NCBI GenBank assembly: GCA_963663385.2
Contig: CAXXXD010000004.1
Coordinates: forward strand, 96,001-160,000
Reading direction: 5' to 3'
Length of the DNA stretch: 64,000 bases
From: Oceanispirochaeta sp.
GTDB taxonomy: Bacteria > Spirochaetota > Spirochaetia > DSM-2461
Each line of letters starts with the position of its first letter. The first letter of the stretch is position 1. Position numbers and translations under genes: made by a program. Below are positions 49,148 to 58,906 of this stretch, piece after piece. The notes below the pieces were generated by a model. It was not told where the DNA came from. It did no database searches and worked only from the letters and a program-made list of their open reading frames with translations.

Positions 49148-50430
49148 TGGTATTGATTCCTGTAGCAGTCCTTTTCATTCTGTTTTTTCTTAATATTCCA
49201 ATTGCTTTCGCCCTGATGGGAGCGTCTCTCACATATTTTATCTTCATAAACACATTTATGCCTATGGAGATGATCATTCAGCAGTTTGTTACAGCCGTTG
49301 AATCCTTTCCCTACCTGGCGGTTCCGTTTTTTATCATGGTAGGTTCGGTCATGAACCATTCGGGGATCAGCAAGGCTTTAATGGATTTTTCAGATGTCCT
49401 GGTCGGGCATACGAAAGGCGGTCTTGCACAAGTCAATGTACTGCTTAGCGCCATGATGGGGGGAATCTCCGGTTCAGCTAACGCCGATGCGGCCATGCAG
49501 TCAAAAATCCTTGTGCCCGAAATGGAGAGGAAAGGTTTCTCAAAAGAATTTTCCGGAGCGATTACAGCAGCCTCATCGGCAATCAGCCCTGTCATCCCGC
49601 CGGGAACAAATCTGATTCTTTATGCTCTGATTGCCAATGTTTCGGTCGGCAGCATGTTTCTGGCAGCCTATATGCCGGGAATCCTGATGGCTTTCGCCCT
49701 GATGGTTACGGTTCATATTATTGCGGTCATACGAAAATACCAGCCCAGCCGCGATACGATGGCATCACCGTCGGTTATCTTTAAACAGTTTACAAAATCA
49801 ATATGGGCCCTTTTTATTCCCTTTGCCATCATTATGGGAATGCGCTTCGGTATTTTCACTCCCACCGAAGCCGGGGGTATCGCGGTTGCCTTTGCTGCAG
49901 TTGTCGGTTTATTTGTCTATAAGGAACTTAAGATAGAGCATATCCCTCTGATCCTTATGGATACGGTAAAAGGTACAGGCGCGGTGATGGCTATCATTGC
50001 CAGTGCCAAGGTTTTCGGTTACTATCTGACTCTGGAACGGATTCCCCAGATGATTACCGAGTTTCTGGTGAATATGACAGGCAGCCCCTTTGTTCTGCTG
50101 ATATTTATCAATGTTCTGCTGCTTTTTATCGGAATGTTTATTGAAGGCGGGGCCGCTCTGGTTATTCTTGCACCTCTGCTGGTCCCCGCTGTGAAAATGT
50201 TCGGAATTGATCCATTGCATTTCGGCATCATCTTTATTGTTAACATAATGATCGGAGGCTTGACTCCTCCCTTCGGATCGATGATGTTTACAGTGTGTTC
50301 CATCGTGGACATCAAACTGGAGAAATTTGTCAAAGAAGTATGGCCCTTTATTTTAGCCTTACTGCTTGTGCTGTTACTCTTGACCTATTCCGAGTCAGTT
50401 GCCCTGTTTACGTTGAGACTGTTCAGCTGA
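49147..50430 (+). CDS. TRAP large permease DctM
   Basis: LAVPFFI, GGLAQVNV, PVIPPG, FTPTEAG, TPPFG. Confidence 0.93.
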   Translation: MVLIPVAVLFILFFLNIPIAFALMGASLTYFIFINTFMPMEMIIQQFVTAVESFPYLAVPFFIMVGSVMNHSGISKALMDFSDVLVGHTKGGLAQVNVLLSAMMGGISGSANADAAMQSKILVPEMERKGFSKEFSGAITAASSAISPVIPPGTNLILYALIANVSVGSMFLAAYMPGILMAFALMVTVHIIAVIRKYQPSRDTMASPSVIFKQFTKSIWALFIPFAIIMGMRFGIFTPTEAGGIAVAFAAVVGLFVYKELKIEHIPLILMDTVKGTGAVMAIIASAKVFGYYLTLERIPQMITEFLVNMTGSPFVLLIFINVLLLFIGMFIEGGAALVILAPLLVPAVKMFGIDPLHFGIIFIVNIMIGGLTPPFGSMMFTVCSIVDIKLEKFVKEVWPFILALLLVLLLLTYSESVALFTLRLFS

Positions 50431-50497
50431 CGTTCTCTGTGTGTGCTCCCTCCCGCTGAAGGGGGGGCGTAACCCCGGGGAATGATTGGGAAGGATA

Positions 50498-51517
50498 ATG
50501 TTAGGAAAGACAAAGAAACGGATTGCAGGATTAATTTTTGTGCCGGTAGCTGTAACTGTCCTCTTTTTATCAATCAAACTGCCGGAATGGGGTTTGTTTA
50601 TTCATAATGAACCCGAAAATCAGATACTGAAAATACATAGCCCCCTGAATGAGAGAATAATAATCCCCATTGTCAAAGAGTTTCAGGAAAGTACAGGTAT
50701 CCAGGTTGAATATACATCCGCCGGAACTCTGGATCTTTTAGATGCTCTGCATGATAAGGGCGATGAATATCTGATGGATATTATGTGGGGCGGCAGTAAA
50801 GAGTACCTGAATATCTATAACGACCTGTTTGAACCTCTTACCTACGGCGGCGAATATACCTTAGGCTATAACCAGCTGCCAATTGTTTTGATTTATAACA
50901 AAAAGCTCGTTTCGGAAGATGAAGTCTGCCGCAGCTGGCTGGATCTGATTGATCCCAAATGGAAAGGGCGTCTGGCCATGGCGGATCCTGAAGGTTCGGG
51001 TTCCGCTTATATTGCTCTGTCTTTTCTTCTGGAACTGGATATGAAAGAGGAGTACAACTGGGAATATGCCGCCAAACTGCTTCACAATGTGAATGGTAAA
51101 ATGCTTGCCAAATCCTCGGAAGTCTACGAAGGAGTTGCCGACGGAGACTTTGCCATAGGTATAACCATGGAGGAAGCAGCCATCAACTTTATTCATCAGG
51201 GCAAAGACATCGAAATTGTATACCTTGAGGAAGGCACACCGGTTATCAACGATTCCATCGCCCTTATGAAGGATGCCAGAAACAAAGAGCAGGCCAAAAC
51301 ATTTATTGAGTTTGTCCTCAGCAGGAAGGTACAGACTTATATGGTTGACCGTTTCTATTTAAGATCCGTAAGAGGGGATGTCAAAATCCCCATAGGTCTG
51401 TCATCCATGGATACGCTGAATATCTTTGACAGCTCAAATCTGTCTACTTTTGAACGACAGGATGAAATCCTGAAAAAATGGCGGCAGATGGTAGCCGATG
51501 CAGAGTTCAGGAAATAA
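50498..51517 (+). CDS. Periplasmic binding protein (AfuA/FbpA-like), probable sensory partner of the adjacent two-component system
   Basis: DIMWGG, SWLDLIDPKWKG, DPEGSGSA; no cognate permease; 3 nt from the kinase gene. Confidence 0.75.
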   Translation: MLGKTKKRIAGLIFVPVAVTVLFLSIKLPEWGLFIHNEPENQILKIHSPLNERIIIPIVKEFQESTGIQVEYTSAGTLDLLDALHDKGDEYLMDIMWGGSKEYLNIYNDLFEPLTYGGEYTLGYNQLPIVLIYNKKLVSEDEVCRSWLDLIDPKWKGRLAMADPEGSGSAYIALSFLLELDMKEEYNWEYAAKLLHNVNGKMLAKSSEVYEGVADGDFAIGITMEEAAINFIHQGKDIEIVYLEEGTPVINDSIALMKDARNKEQAKTFIEFVLSRKVQTYMVDRFYLRSVRGDVKIPIGLSSMDTLNIFDSSNLSTFERQDEILKKWRQMVADAEFRK

Positions 51518-51520
51518 CGG

Positions 51521-53293
51521 ATGAGTCGGATACGTATTTCTGTTTTTCAAAGGCTTTTTATCTCTTATATTCTCTGCAGCATTCTGCCCCTGGTTATAAT
51601 AGGGGGGCTGATGTACGGTCTGTCTCTGAATTTCCTTAACAGAACTCTTGAAGAGCAGACATCGAACAGCATCAATGCTTTTCATGAAGGGCTTCATGAA
51701 CGGGTCTCTGCCTATGAGAGTATGATTCTCAAGATACAGAAAAGTCTGAAGATCAGTAATTCCCTGGCCTCACTTCCCGGAGAGGTCACCGACAGTAATG
51801 AGATTTATGAAATTCTGTACGATTCCATGGCTGGGGAAGCCATAAAACCGGTTGTACATATCTGTAATCTGGACGGAAGCCGGGGGTTCTCCACCGCTGT
51901 TTTCCCGGAAAGCTACAGAGCCGGATTAATGAACAACTGGGGGATCTTCCGGGAAGTTGACAATTTGACGAAAGGCCCAGTTATCTATACCCAGGAGATG
52001 GATGATTCTCCACTGGAGAGGACTCTCATCAGTGTGGGGGACAGAATATACGATTACTCCGGGGAGCATACCGGGTACGTGCTTGTTGAGATGCCCAGAC
52101 AGGTTGTCTCTGAAGAAGCCAGGGTATTCAACTCAGGGGTATCAATGCACATGGTTATGCTTGATGAAAACGGATACACCCTGTTTGATATGATTAACAG
52201 TGAAATGGAAGGGAAATTTCAGCAGGCCTCGTATCTGGACAGTGAAAAAATCCGGAATCACAAGCCCGTAGAGAGTCTGATTGAAGATAATACATTCCTT
52301 TATCTCAAACACAGGGACGAGACGCTCAATACAGTTACAGTTGTTAATGTTTCCTCAAATATTTTTCACGCTTTCAGCCGTATCCTGTCATTGATAATGC
52401 TGATAGGAAGCCTGTTCAGTCTACTTGTATCGGTTGTTCTTGCGGTTGTACAGGCCCGATCTATATCCAGTCCGATTAAAGAGCTTATCAGTGTTATGGG
52501 AGAAGTGGAAAAAGGGGCTATGGAAATACGGGCCGACCTCGGGAGCCGGGATGAAATCGGAGATCTGGGGAAATATTTCAATCAGATGCTTGACCGGCTG
52601 AATATTTACATGGAAAAAGTGATTGAAAAGCAGAAACAGCTCCGCACAACGGAAATCAAAATGCTGCAGGCTCAGATCAAACCCCATTTTATCTACAATA
52701 CACTGGATGTTATAAAGTGGAGTGTGAAACTGGGGCAGAACGAGGAGACCATTAGCGTTGTTACCAATCTGGCCCGGCTGCTGCGGTTTTCCATAGACAG
52801 TGTTGAGGAGTTCCTGACCATACGCAGCAATATTGAGTTTATCAACAGCTATCTGGCCATTCAGAGAATTAAATACAACAACAGTTTTAAGGTCATAACT
52901 GATATTGACGAGACCCTGATGGATTGCATGATTCCCAGGCTGATTCTTCAGCCTTTTATTGAAAACTCGATTATTCACGGATTCGGCAAGACGAATCAAA
53001 ACGATGGGATTATTACAATCTCAGGTCATTTCAGCGATTGCAACTCCTCCGAGAGAGAGGGTAACTGCAGGGTTATTGAATTCAGGATTTCCGATAATGG
53101 CATCGGCATGACAGAGCAGGAAATAAAGGAGCTGACTTTTGAAAGACCTGAAAACCATATCGGGATCTACAACGTTGATAAGCGCATCAAGATGTATTTC
53201 GGCAGGGATTTCGGTGTCAGTATCAAAAGCAGGGAGCATGGGACTGAGGTAATCATCAGAATGCCGAGTTCTATGAAAGGAGATCCCCAATGA
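51521..53293 (+). CDS. Sensor histidine kinase (YesM type)
   Basis: HAMP domain; LQAQIKPHFIYNTL; QPFIENSIIHG. Confidence 0.92.
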   Translation: MSRIRISVFQRLFISYILCSILPLVIIGGLMYGLSLNFLNRTLEEQTSNSINAFHEGLHERVSAYESMILKIQKSLKISNSLASLPGEVTDSNEIYEILYDSMAGEAIKPVVHICNLDGSRGFSTAVFPESYRAGLMNNWGIFREVDNLTKGPVIYTQEMDDSPLERTLISVGDRIYDYSGEHTGYVLVEMPRQVVSEEARVFNSGVSMHMVMLDENGYTLFDMINSEMEGKFQQASYLDSEKIRNHKPVESLIEDNTFLYLKHRDETLNTVTVVNVSSNIFHAFSRILSLIMLIGSLFSLLVSVVLAVVQARSISSPIKELISVMGEVEKGAMEIRADLGSRDEIGDLGKYFNQMLDRLNIYMEKVIEKQKQLRTTEIKMLQAQIKPHFIYNTLDVIKWSVKLGQNEETISVVTNLARLLRFSIDSVEEFLTIRSNIEFINSYLAIQRIKYNNSFKVITDIDETLMDCMIPRLILQPFIENSIIHGFGKTNQNDGIITISGHFSDCNSSEREGNCRVIEFRISDNGIGMTEQEIKELTFERPENHIGIYNVDKRIKMYFGRDFGVSIKSREHGTEVIIRMPSSMKGDPQ

Positions 53294-54090
53294 TCGGTGT
53301 TGTAATTGTCGAGGATGAATCCTACATCAGAAAAGGCATGGTAATGACAACACCCTGGGAGGAGTTCGGTTGCAAAGTGATAGGGGAAGCCGGCGATGGA
53401 CAGGAAGGTTATGAACTGATCAGAAAACTGAACCCGGACATTGTTATTACCGATGTCAATATGCCTGTTATGGACGGTATTGAAATGCTTAGAAAACTGG
53501 ATGGCGAATCCAGTGCGGCGTGTATCATCGTATCGGGGTACAATGATTTCAGCTATGCTCAGCAAGCTATCAAACTGGGCGTCCGGGACTATCTGCTAAA
53601 GCCGATTGATGATGACGATTTCTACAGGACTCTTAAACGGGTGATCCTGCACATAGAAAAGGAACACATCATAGCAAAGGAGAAGGAACGGAATCTGTTG
53701 ATTCAGGAAGGAAAGGAACTCCTGGCTAATGAAGAGGGTTTCGATGCACATTATGACAGCAGGCAGGTGTATGTGTTAAAGGCTGTGGAATGGATTGAAG
53801 CTCACTACAGCGAGAATATCGGTATCAGTGATGCTGCTCTTAACCTTGAGATCAGTGAAAGCTATTTGAGCCGGTTGTTTAAAAGCTATATGGGATATAC
53901 CTTTGTTGAGTACCTAACCGACTACCGGATCAAGATGGCCATTCAGCTTTTAAAGGATCACCATATTAAGATCTATGAGGTATCGGAGAGAGTCGGATAC
54001 AATGATCCGAAGTATTTTGGAATTTTATTCAAGAAGAAAGTCGGAGTAACACCGATGACATTTAAAAACAGATACATGTCAAATGAGTGA
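53290..54090 (+). CDS. Response regulator with AraC output (YesN type)
   Basis: VEDE, TDVNMP, ISESYLSRLFK, VGYNDPKYF. Confidence 0.92.
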   Translation: MIGVVIVEDESYIRKGMVMTTPWEEFGCKVIGEAGDGQEGYELIRKLNPDIVITDVNMPVMDGIEMLRKLDGESSAACIIVSGYNDFSYAQQAIKLGVRDYLLKPIDDDDFYRTLKRVILHIEKEHIIAKEKERNLLIQEGKELLANEEGFDAHYDSRQVYVLKAVEWIEAHYSENIGISDAALNLEISESYLSRLFKSYMGYTFVEYLTDYRIKMAIQLLKDHHIKIYEVSERVGYNDPKYFGILFKKKVGVTPMTFKNRYMSNE

Positions 54091-54327
54091 TCTGATCCGG
54101 GATATTGGAGACCTGATAGTTCGCATTTCTAGAAGTGAAACATGAAGCCGGGAGTTCTATCTCTGCTGAACATGCGGGAACCCACTATATGGATGACCGT
54201 ATTGCTTCGACAGAGAAGTCTCCCGGATACCTGAATACAGAGATGACTGATGAATCTGTGGAAAAATTTATGTAACAGGGAGCCGACCTTTGCAGATCAG
54301 TCCCTGTATTTTAATATATGTATTCCT

Positions 54328-55485
54328 TCAGGCAGCACAGGGCCGCAGGTTTTTCTCCTCTTTTTGTTTTTTACACAGGATCTGCCGTGTAATGATGACA
54401 GCATACAGAAAGACGGAAACCGCGGCTGAGAGAAGTATCAGGGAATAGAGGCCTGTATTGGGGATAAATATCTTATACAGAAAGGTTCCAAGTACCGCAA
54501 AGGCGACAAAGGGACAGATAAGGCTCCACGTTTCTATATAAAACTTTCCGGTATTCAATTCTCTGGAAAAATACTCCTTCATGACAGAAAGACCGAATCC
54601 CAGGTACCAGAACTCAAAAACAAATCCGCCCAGTACAATCAGGACTGCAAGCCAGTGCATATGGAACTCAAACTGTTTTTCAAAGTAGTGAACAAGTCGG
54701 AATCCGCTGATGGACAGGAGGGTTGTAATGGGAACAGGAGAGAGCAGGGCGGGCATCCCTTTGGGGGCAGGCAGAGATTCTGAATTGAACTGATTTTTCA
54801 GGGCATGGTAGAAGAACAGCCCAAAGAGGAAGACGGTCTGTGATCCGGAAAGAAAAGATAAAAAGGCGGCGATCCCGCTTATGACAGGAGAGTTGGCCAT
54901 CGCAGCCAGTCCCGTACCAGTTACAGTCGTCATTGCCAGAGCAAACGGATGAAGAAGCCAGCTGAAATTTATCTTATCCAAAGAAAAATTTCGGGAAAAA
55001 AGTGACATGAGCATACCTGTCTCTTTTACTATAATGGCTGCCCACAGGATACTCCATAGAGTCAGGGCCGGTGCCATCAGTAACTGAAAATGGTTATGGA
55101 AAAGGGGAACAAAAAACCGGACTACCGCAATAAACACATTAAAAGTCATACCAATTGAAATAAACGGGGTGACAAGAGTGGTGTTATGAAGGGAATCTTT
55201 CTTAAGCTGATAGTATGCGGGAGATCTCATCCATCTGAAAAGACGGGTGAAAAGCTGAGCCGAAAGGATTAAATGAACCGTCCCGAATAGCAGCATTATG
55301 CCCATTAGCAGGGGAAAAAGAACAGACTGAAAGGGGGATAAACCGTCAAATTGAATCCCGTTAAAAGATATAAGACCAGGTCCGCTGTAATAAGTATACT
55401 GAAGAAAGGCAAACGGGATAATTGAGATGCCGCCCGCACCTACAGCTGAAAGAAACTGAAGAGGATAAAACTCTTTCTTTTCCAT
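54328..55485 (-). CDS. Multi-pass membrane protein, TsoY-like (tentative)
   Basis: About 10 hydrophobic segments; N-terminal PLQFLSAVGAGGISIIPF resembles the TsoY family as recalled. Confidence 0.5.
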   Translation of the reverse strand: MEKKEFYPLQFLSAVGAGGISIIPFAFLQYTYYSGPGLISFNGIQFDGLSPFQSVLFPLLMGIMLLFGTVHLILSAQLFTRLFRWMRSPAYYQLKKDSLHNTTLVTPFISIGMTFNVFIAVVRFFVPLFHNHFQLLMAPALTLWSILWAAIIVKETGMLMSLFSRNFSLDKINFSWLLHPFALAMTTVTGTGLAAMANSPVISGIAAFLSFLSGSQTVFLFGLFFYHALKNQFNSESLPAPKGMPALLSPVPITTLLSISGFRLVHYFEKQFEFHMHWLAVLIVLGGFVFEFWYLGFGLSVMKEYFSRELNTGKFYIETWSLICPFVAFAVLGTFLYKIFIPNTGLYSLILLSAAVSVFLYAVIITRQILCKKQKEEKNLRPCAA

Positions 55486-55594
55486 TATTGAGAACTCCTA
55501 AAGTTAAATAAGTGTATATAGTAAATATTGCATATTGTAAAAGTAGTCAATAGAATCATGGAAAAACTTCTATTTAAAAACGTTAAACTCTATA

Positions 55595-55622
55595 TTGACA
55601 AGCATCGAATTTCAGCTATATT
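55595..55622 (+). promoter_or_regulatory. sigma70-like promoter of leader copy 2
   Basis: TTGACA-N16-TATATT. Confidence 0.7.
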
Positions 55623-55638
55623 TGAACATAACATTCAT

Positions 55639-55817
55639 AGCAGACAAAGGACCCTTAATGCTAACAATGTCTGCTTATATCTTTTTTATTCGAAGGAATT
55701 TTCCTGAAAGGGAAATCGTTGAAGGTATAAGTAGTTTCGTTGTAGGTATATAGGGGGGGAGGTCTCGGTCTCCCTGAACAGCGCAGCTCCTCTCTTCGCC
55801 TTCGAAAAGGAGTCATT
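55639..55817 (+). ncRNA. Conserved structured 5' leader, copy 2
   Basis: AGCAGACA-AAGGACCCTTAATGCTAACAA-TGTCTGCT; alternative helix and SD-sequestering hairpin. Confidence 0.75.
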
Positions 55818-56021
55818 ATGAGTTCCAAATTATGGTTTGTTACAAACGGTGTACAGCTGATTCATGTCTTCGAAAAAAGGTCCCTGGCCGAGCAGGAGTT
55901 GAAGAAGTATCAGGACGATCCTGATTACGGTTACTATGATTGCTACGGTCTGGATATCGACGATCTGGAAGACTATCCGGAAGAATATGATATTGCTCTG
56001 GACGAAGGATTCCTTGATTAA
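55818..56021 (+). CDS. Small acidic protein (67 aa), unknown function
   Basis: Strong SD AAGGAG; first ORF after leader copy 2; D/E/Y-rich C-terminal half. Confidence 0.75.
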   Translation: MSSKLWFVTNGVQLIHVFEKRSLAEQELKKYQDDPDYGYYDCYGLDIDDLEDYPEEYDIALDEGFLD

Positions 56022-56070
56022 TGCCGGGATGGATTATTTCCCGGGCGATTGAATGGGAAGGTGTTACTGA

Positions 56071-57279
56071 TTGAAAGATTTTCTTGTCTTCGAAGGGATT
56101 AGTAAATCCTTCGGATCTGTAGAAGTTATCAAAGATCTGAATCTTAACGTCAAAAAGGGAGAGGTCTTCAGTCTGTTGGGACCATCGGGCTGCGGGAAAA
56201 CCACTCTTCTGAAAATATGCGGTGGATTTGAAGAACCCGATGCAGGCAGGATGCTGTTGAATGGCAAGGATATCCTGTCCCTGCCGGGGCATAAGCGTCC
56301 GGTCAATACGGTATTTCAGAATTATGCCCTGTTTCCGCATCTGTCTGTGGGTGAGAATATAGCTTTTGGTCTGAAAGTTTCCCGCAAAGGGTTTTCCAGA
56401 AAAGAGATTTCCAGGGAAGTGGACTGGGCTCTCGATCTTATTCAGATGAATGAATATATCCATAGCAGACCTTCAGAGCTATCAGGAGGTCAGAAGCAGC
56501 GGGTTGCTATTGCAAGAGCGGTTATCAACAAACCGGAGCTCCTGCTTCTGGACGAGCCTTTGGCTGCGCTCGACCTCAAACTCCGTCAGAAAATGCTGCT
56601 GGAACTGGATCAGATTCATGACGAAGTAGGCATAACTTTTCTTTTTGTAACCCATGACCAGGGGGAGGCTATGAGCCTCTCCGACAGAATCGCCATCATG
56701 AACCTGGGGAAAATTGAGCAGGTAGGATCTCCCGCGGAGATCTATGAAAGTCCTGTTTCCAGTTTTACAGCGGCTTTTATTGGTGATACGAATTTTTTTG
56801 ACGGGATTGTCAAATCCCAGAGTGAAGACGGTCAGTATTCAATACTTGATATTGAAGGACTTCCGTCAGCCCGTTGCTACAACGATCAGGCTCATACAGT
56901 GGGGGACCATATCAACCTGTCACTGAGGCCTGAGAAGATCAGGATCAGCAGGAAAGAACCCGAAACTGACAAGTCCCTGAACATTATTAAAGGGGTTGTG
57001 GAAGATAAGGTCTATCTGGGGGCGTATACAAAATACTGGGTTCGCTGCGGAAACTGGCTGATTGTTGTCCTTAATGCTCACAGGCATTTTCTGCTGGACC
57101 GGAATCCTCCGGAATGGGAAGATGAAGTCTGGCTCAGCTGGCATCAGGACGACGGTTTTATATTGCTGAAATACAGGAAAAAGGACGAAGTCCTTTTAAC
57201 GAATCCTGATGAAAAATATGCCGGGATGACCCCTGATCTACAGCCGGGGGCCATACTGCAGTCGGAAGAAGACTCATGA
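56071..57279 (+). CDS. potA: Spermidine/putrescine ABC transporter ATP-binding protein
   Basis: GPSGCGKTT, RPVNTVFQNYALFPH, LSGGQKQRVAIARA, TOBE-like C-terminus. Confidence 0.9.
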   Translation: MKDFLVFEGISKSFGSVEVIKDLNLNVKKGEVFSLLGPSGCGKTTLLKICGGFEEPDAGRMLLNGKDILSLPGHKRPVNTVFQNYALFPHLSVGENIAFGLKVSRKGFSRKEISREVDWALDLIQMNEYIHSRPSELSGGQKQRVAIARAVINKPELLLLDEPLAALDLKLRQKMLLELDQIHDEVGITFLFVTHDQGEAMSLSDRIAIMNLGKIEQVGSPAEIYESPVSSFTAAFIGDTNFFDGIVKSQSEDGQYSILDIEGLPSARCYNDQAHTVGDHINLSLRPEKIRISRKEPETDKSLNIIKGVVEDKVYLGAYTKYWVRCGNWLIVVLNAHRHFLLDRNPPEWEDEVWLSWHQDDGFILLKYRKKDEVLLTNPDEKYAGMTPDLQPGAILQSEEDS

Positions 57280-58133
57280 AGAAACATGAGCTTGTGCTGA
57301 CAACTCCCTCATTCCTCTGGCTCAGTATATTTTTTATTATTCCATCGGCTCTTGTCCTCTTTATCAGCTTCAGGGGAACCGACTCTTATGGCGTCCTTAT
57401 GCCGGTATGGACACTGGATGCGTACAGGTCCCTTTCCGGGATGAATCTGATGCCGGTTATTATCAGGACCCTCAGGCTCAGTCTGTATACCACTTTGATC
57501 TGTCTGATCCTTGCCATTCCGGCCGCCTATGCCATGTCCCGATTGAGCAGGGGGGCGCAGACAATTCTGTTAATGATTCTGGTTGTTCCCTTCTGGACGA
57601 ATTTCCTTATCCGCATCTATGCCTGGAAAGTCCTGCTTCATCCCGATGGATTTATTAAGCAGATTTTTGTCTTTCTAGGGCTGATCGATCAGAATACGAC
57701 CCTTCTCTATACGGAAGGGGCCGTGCTTCTCGTTCTGGTCTATACCTATCTACCTTTTGCCCTGCTCCCCCTATACAGCGCTGCCGACAGCTTTGATATC
57801 ACACTGCTTGATGCCGGCAGGGATTTGGGAAGCAATACACTGCAGCTTATAATCAGGGTTTACCTTCCCGGTATCCGACAGGGGATTATTAATGCGGTCC
57901 TGGTTGTTTTTATCCCGGTCATGGGCAGCTACATCATTCCTGAAATTGTCGGTGGTCCGAATTCGGAAATGCTGGGAAACAAGATTGCCCAGTATGTATT
58001 CACTGACAGGAATATTCCCCGGGCAGGAGCCCTCTCGGGATTTCTGATTCTCATTATCCTCCTTCCATCCCTGATCTCTCTTATAAACAGGGAGAGTCCG
58101 GCCAAAAGCCGGAAGGAGCTGGTGCAGGCATGA
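57276..58133 (+). CDS. potB: Spermidine/putrescine ABC transporter permease
   Basis: PFWTNFLIRIYAW, YTYLPF..LPLY, DAGRDLG. Confidence 0.88.
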   Translation: MKKHELVLTTPSFLWLSIFFIIPSALVLFISFRGTDSYGVLMPVWTLDAYRSLSGMNLMPVIIRTLRLSLYTTLICLILAIPAAYAMSRLSRGAQTILLMILVVPFWTNFLIRIYAWKVLLHPDGFIKQIFVFLGLIDQNTTLLYTEGAVLLVLVYTYLPFALLPLYSAADSFDITLLDAGRDLGSNTLQLIIRVYLPGIRQGIINAVLVVFIPVMGSYIIPEIVGGPNSEMLGNKIAQYVFTDRNIPRAGALSGFLILIILLPSLISLINRESPAKSRKELVQA

Positions 58134-58906
58134 AAAGGAAATCGGCTTTTCCGATGATAATACTCATACTGATTCTTGTTTTCTTCTACCTCCCCCTGTT
58201 TGTACTGGTCATCAATTCATTCAACGCATCCCGGGTCTCTTCAGTATGGGGGGGATTTTCTCTGAAATGGTATAAGAAGCTGCTGGGTGACCAGAATCTG
58301 CTCCGCTCTGTCAAAAATACTGTGATTGTAACAAGTGTCTCGGTATTCTGTTCAACAGTACTGGGGAGTCTGGCGGGTGTGAGCATTGCCCGTTTCAGGA
58401 GCAGGGTGCAAAAAGTGCATTCAGTCTTTATCGCTCTCCCCCTGATCATGCCGGATATCCTGATCGGTATCAGTCTCCTTCTGTTCTTTATCTCATTCAG
58501 GATTCAGCTCTCTCTGCTGACGATTATAATAGGGCATATTACCTTCTGTATCAGTTATGTGGCTTCTACGGTTCAGGCCCGGTTTCAGAATTTTGATTTT
58601 TCCCTGATAGAGGCGGCCCAGGATCTGGGTGCTGACAGATGGCAGGTGTTATGGAAAATATATCTGCCCCTGCTGGCGCCGGGAATCCTCTCCGGTGCCA
58701 TGCTGGCCATGACTCTGTCTCTGGATGATTTTATTATCAGTTTTTTTACGGCGGGGCCGGGTGCTTCAACCCTGCCCATACAAATTTACAGTATGATCCG
58801 TCACGGCTCACCCCCTGTGATTAATGCACTTTCCACGCTTTTTATCGGGTTCACGTTTCTGTTCCTGCTGGTTTATCAGCGGATCTCAAGGAGATTAGAT
58901 CAATGA
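58130..58906 (+). CDS. potC: Spermidine/putrescine ABC transporter permease
   Basis: GFSLKWY, LIEAAQDLGA, SLDDF, TLPIQIYSM. Confidence 0.88.
   Translation: MKRKSAFPMIILILILVFFYLPLFVLVINSFNASRVSSVWGGFSLKWYKKLLGDQNLLRSVKNTVIVTSVSVFCSTVLGSLAGVSIARFRSRVQKVHSVFIALPLIMPDILIGISLLLFFISFRIQLSLLTIIIGHITFCISYVASTVQARFQNFDFSLIEAAQDLGADRWQVLWKIYLPLLAPGILSGAMLAMTLSLDDFIISFFTAGPGASTLPIQIYSMIRHGSPPVINALSTLFIGFTFLFLLVYQRISRRLDQ

Noticed and set aside
54130..54275. Short open frame ending ...TDESVEKFM* downstream of the response regulator
   Set aside because: No convincing start or family motif; at most an unidentifiable gene remnant
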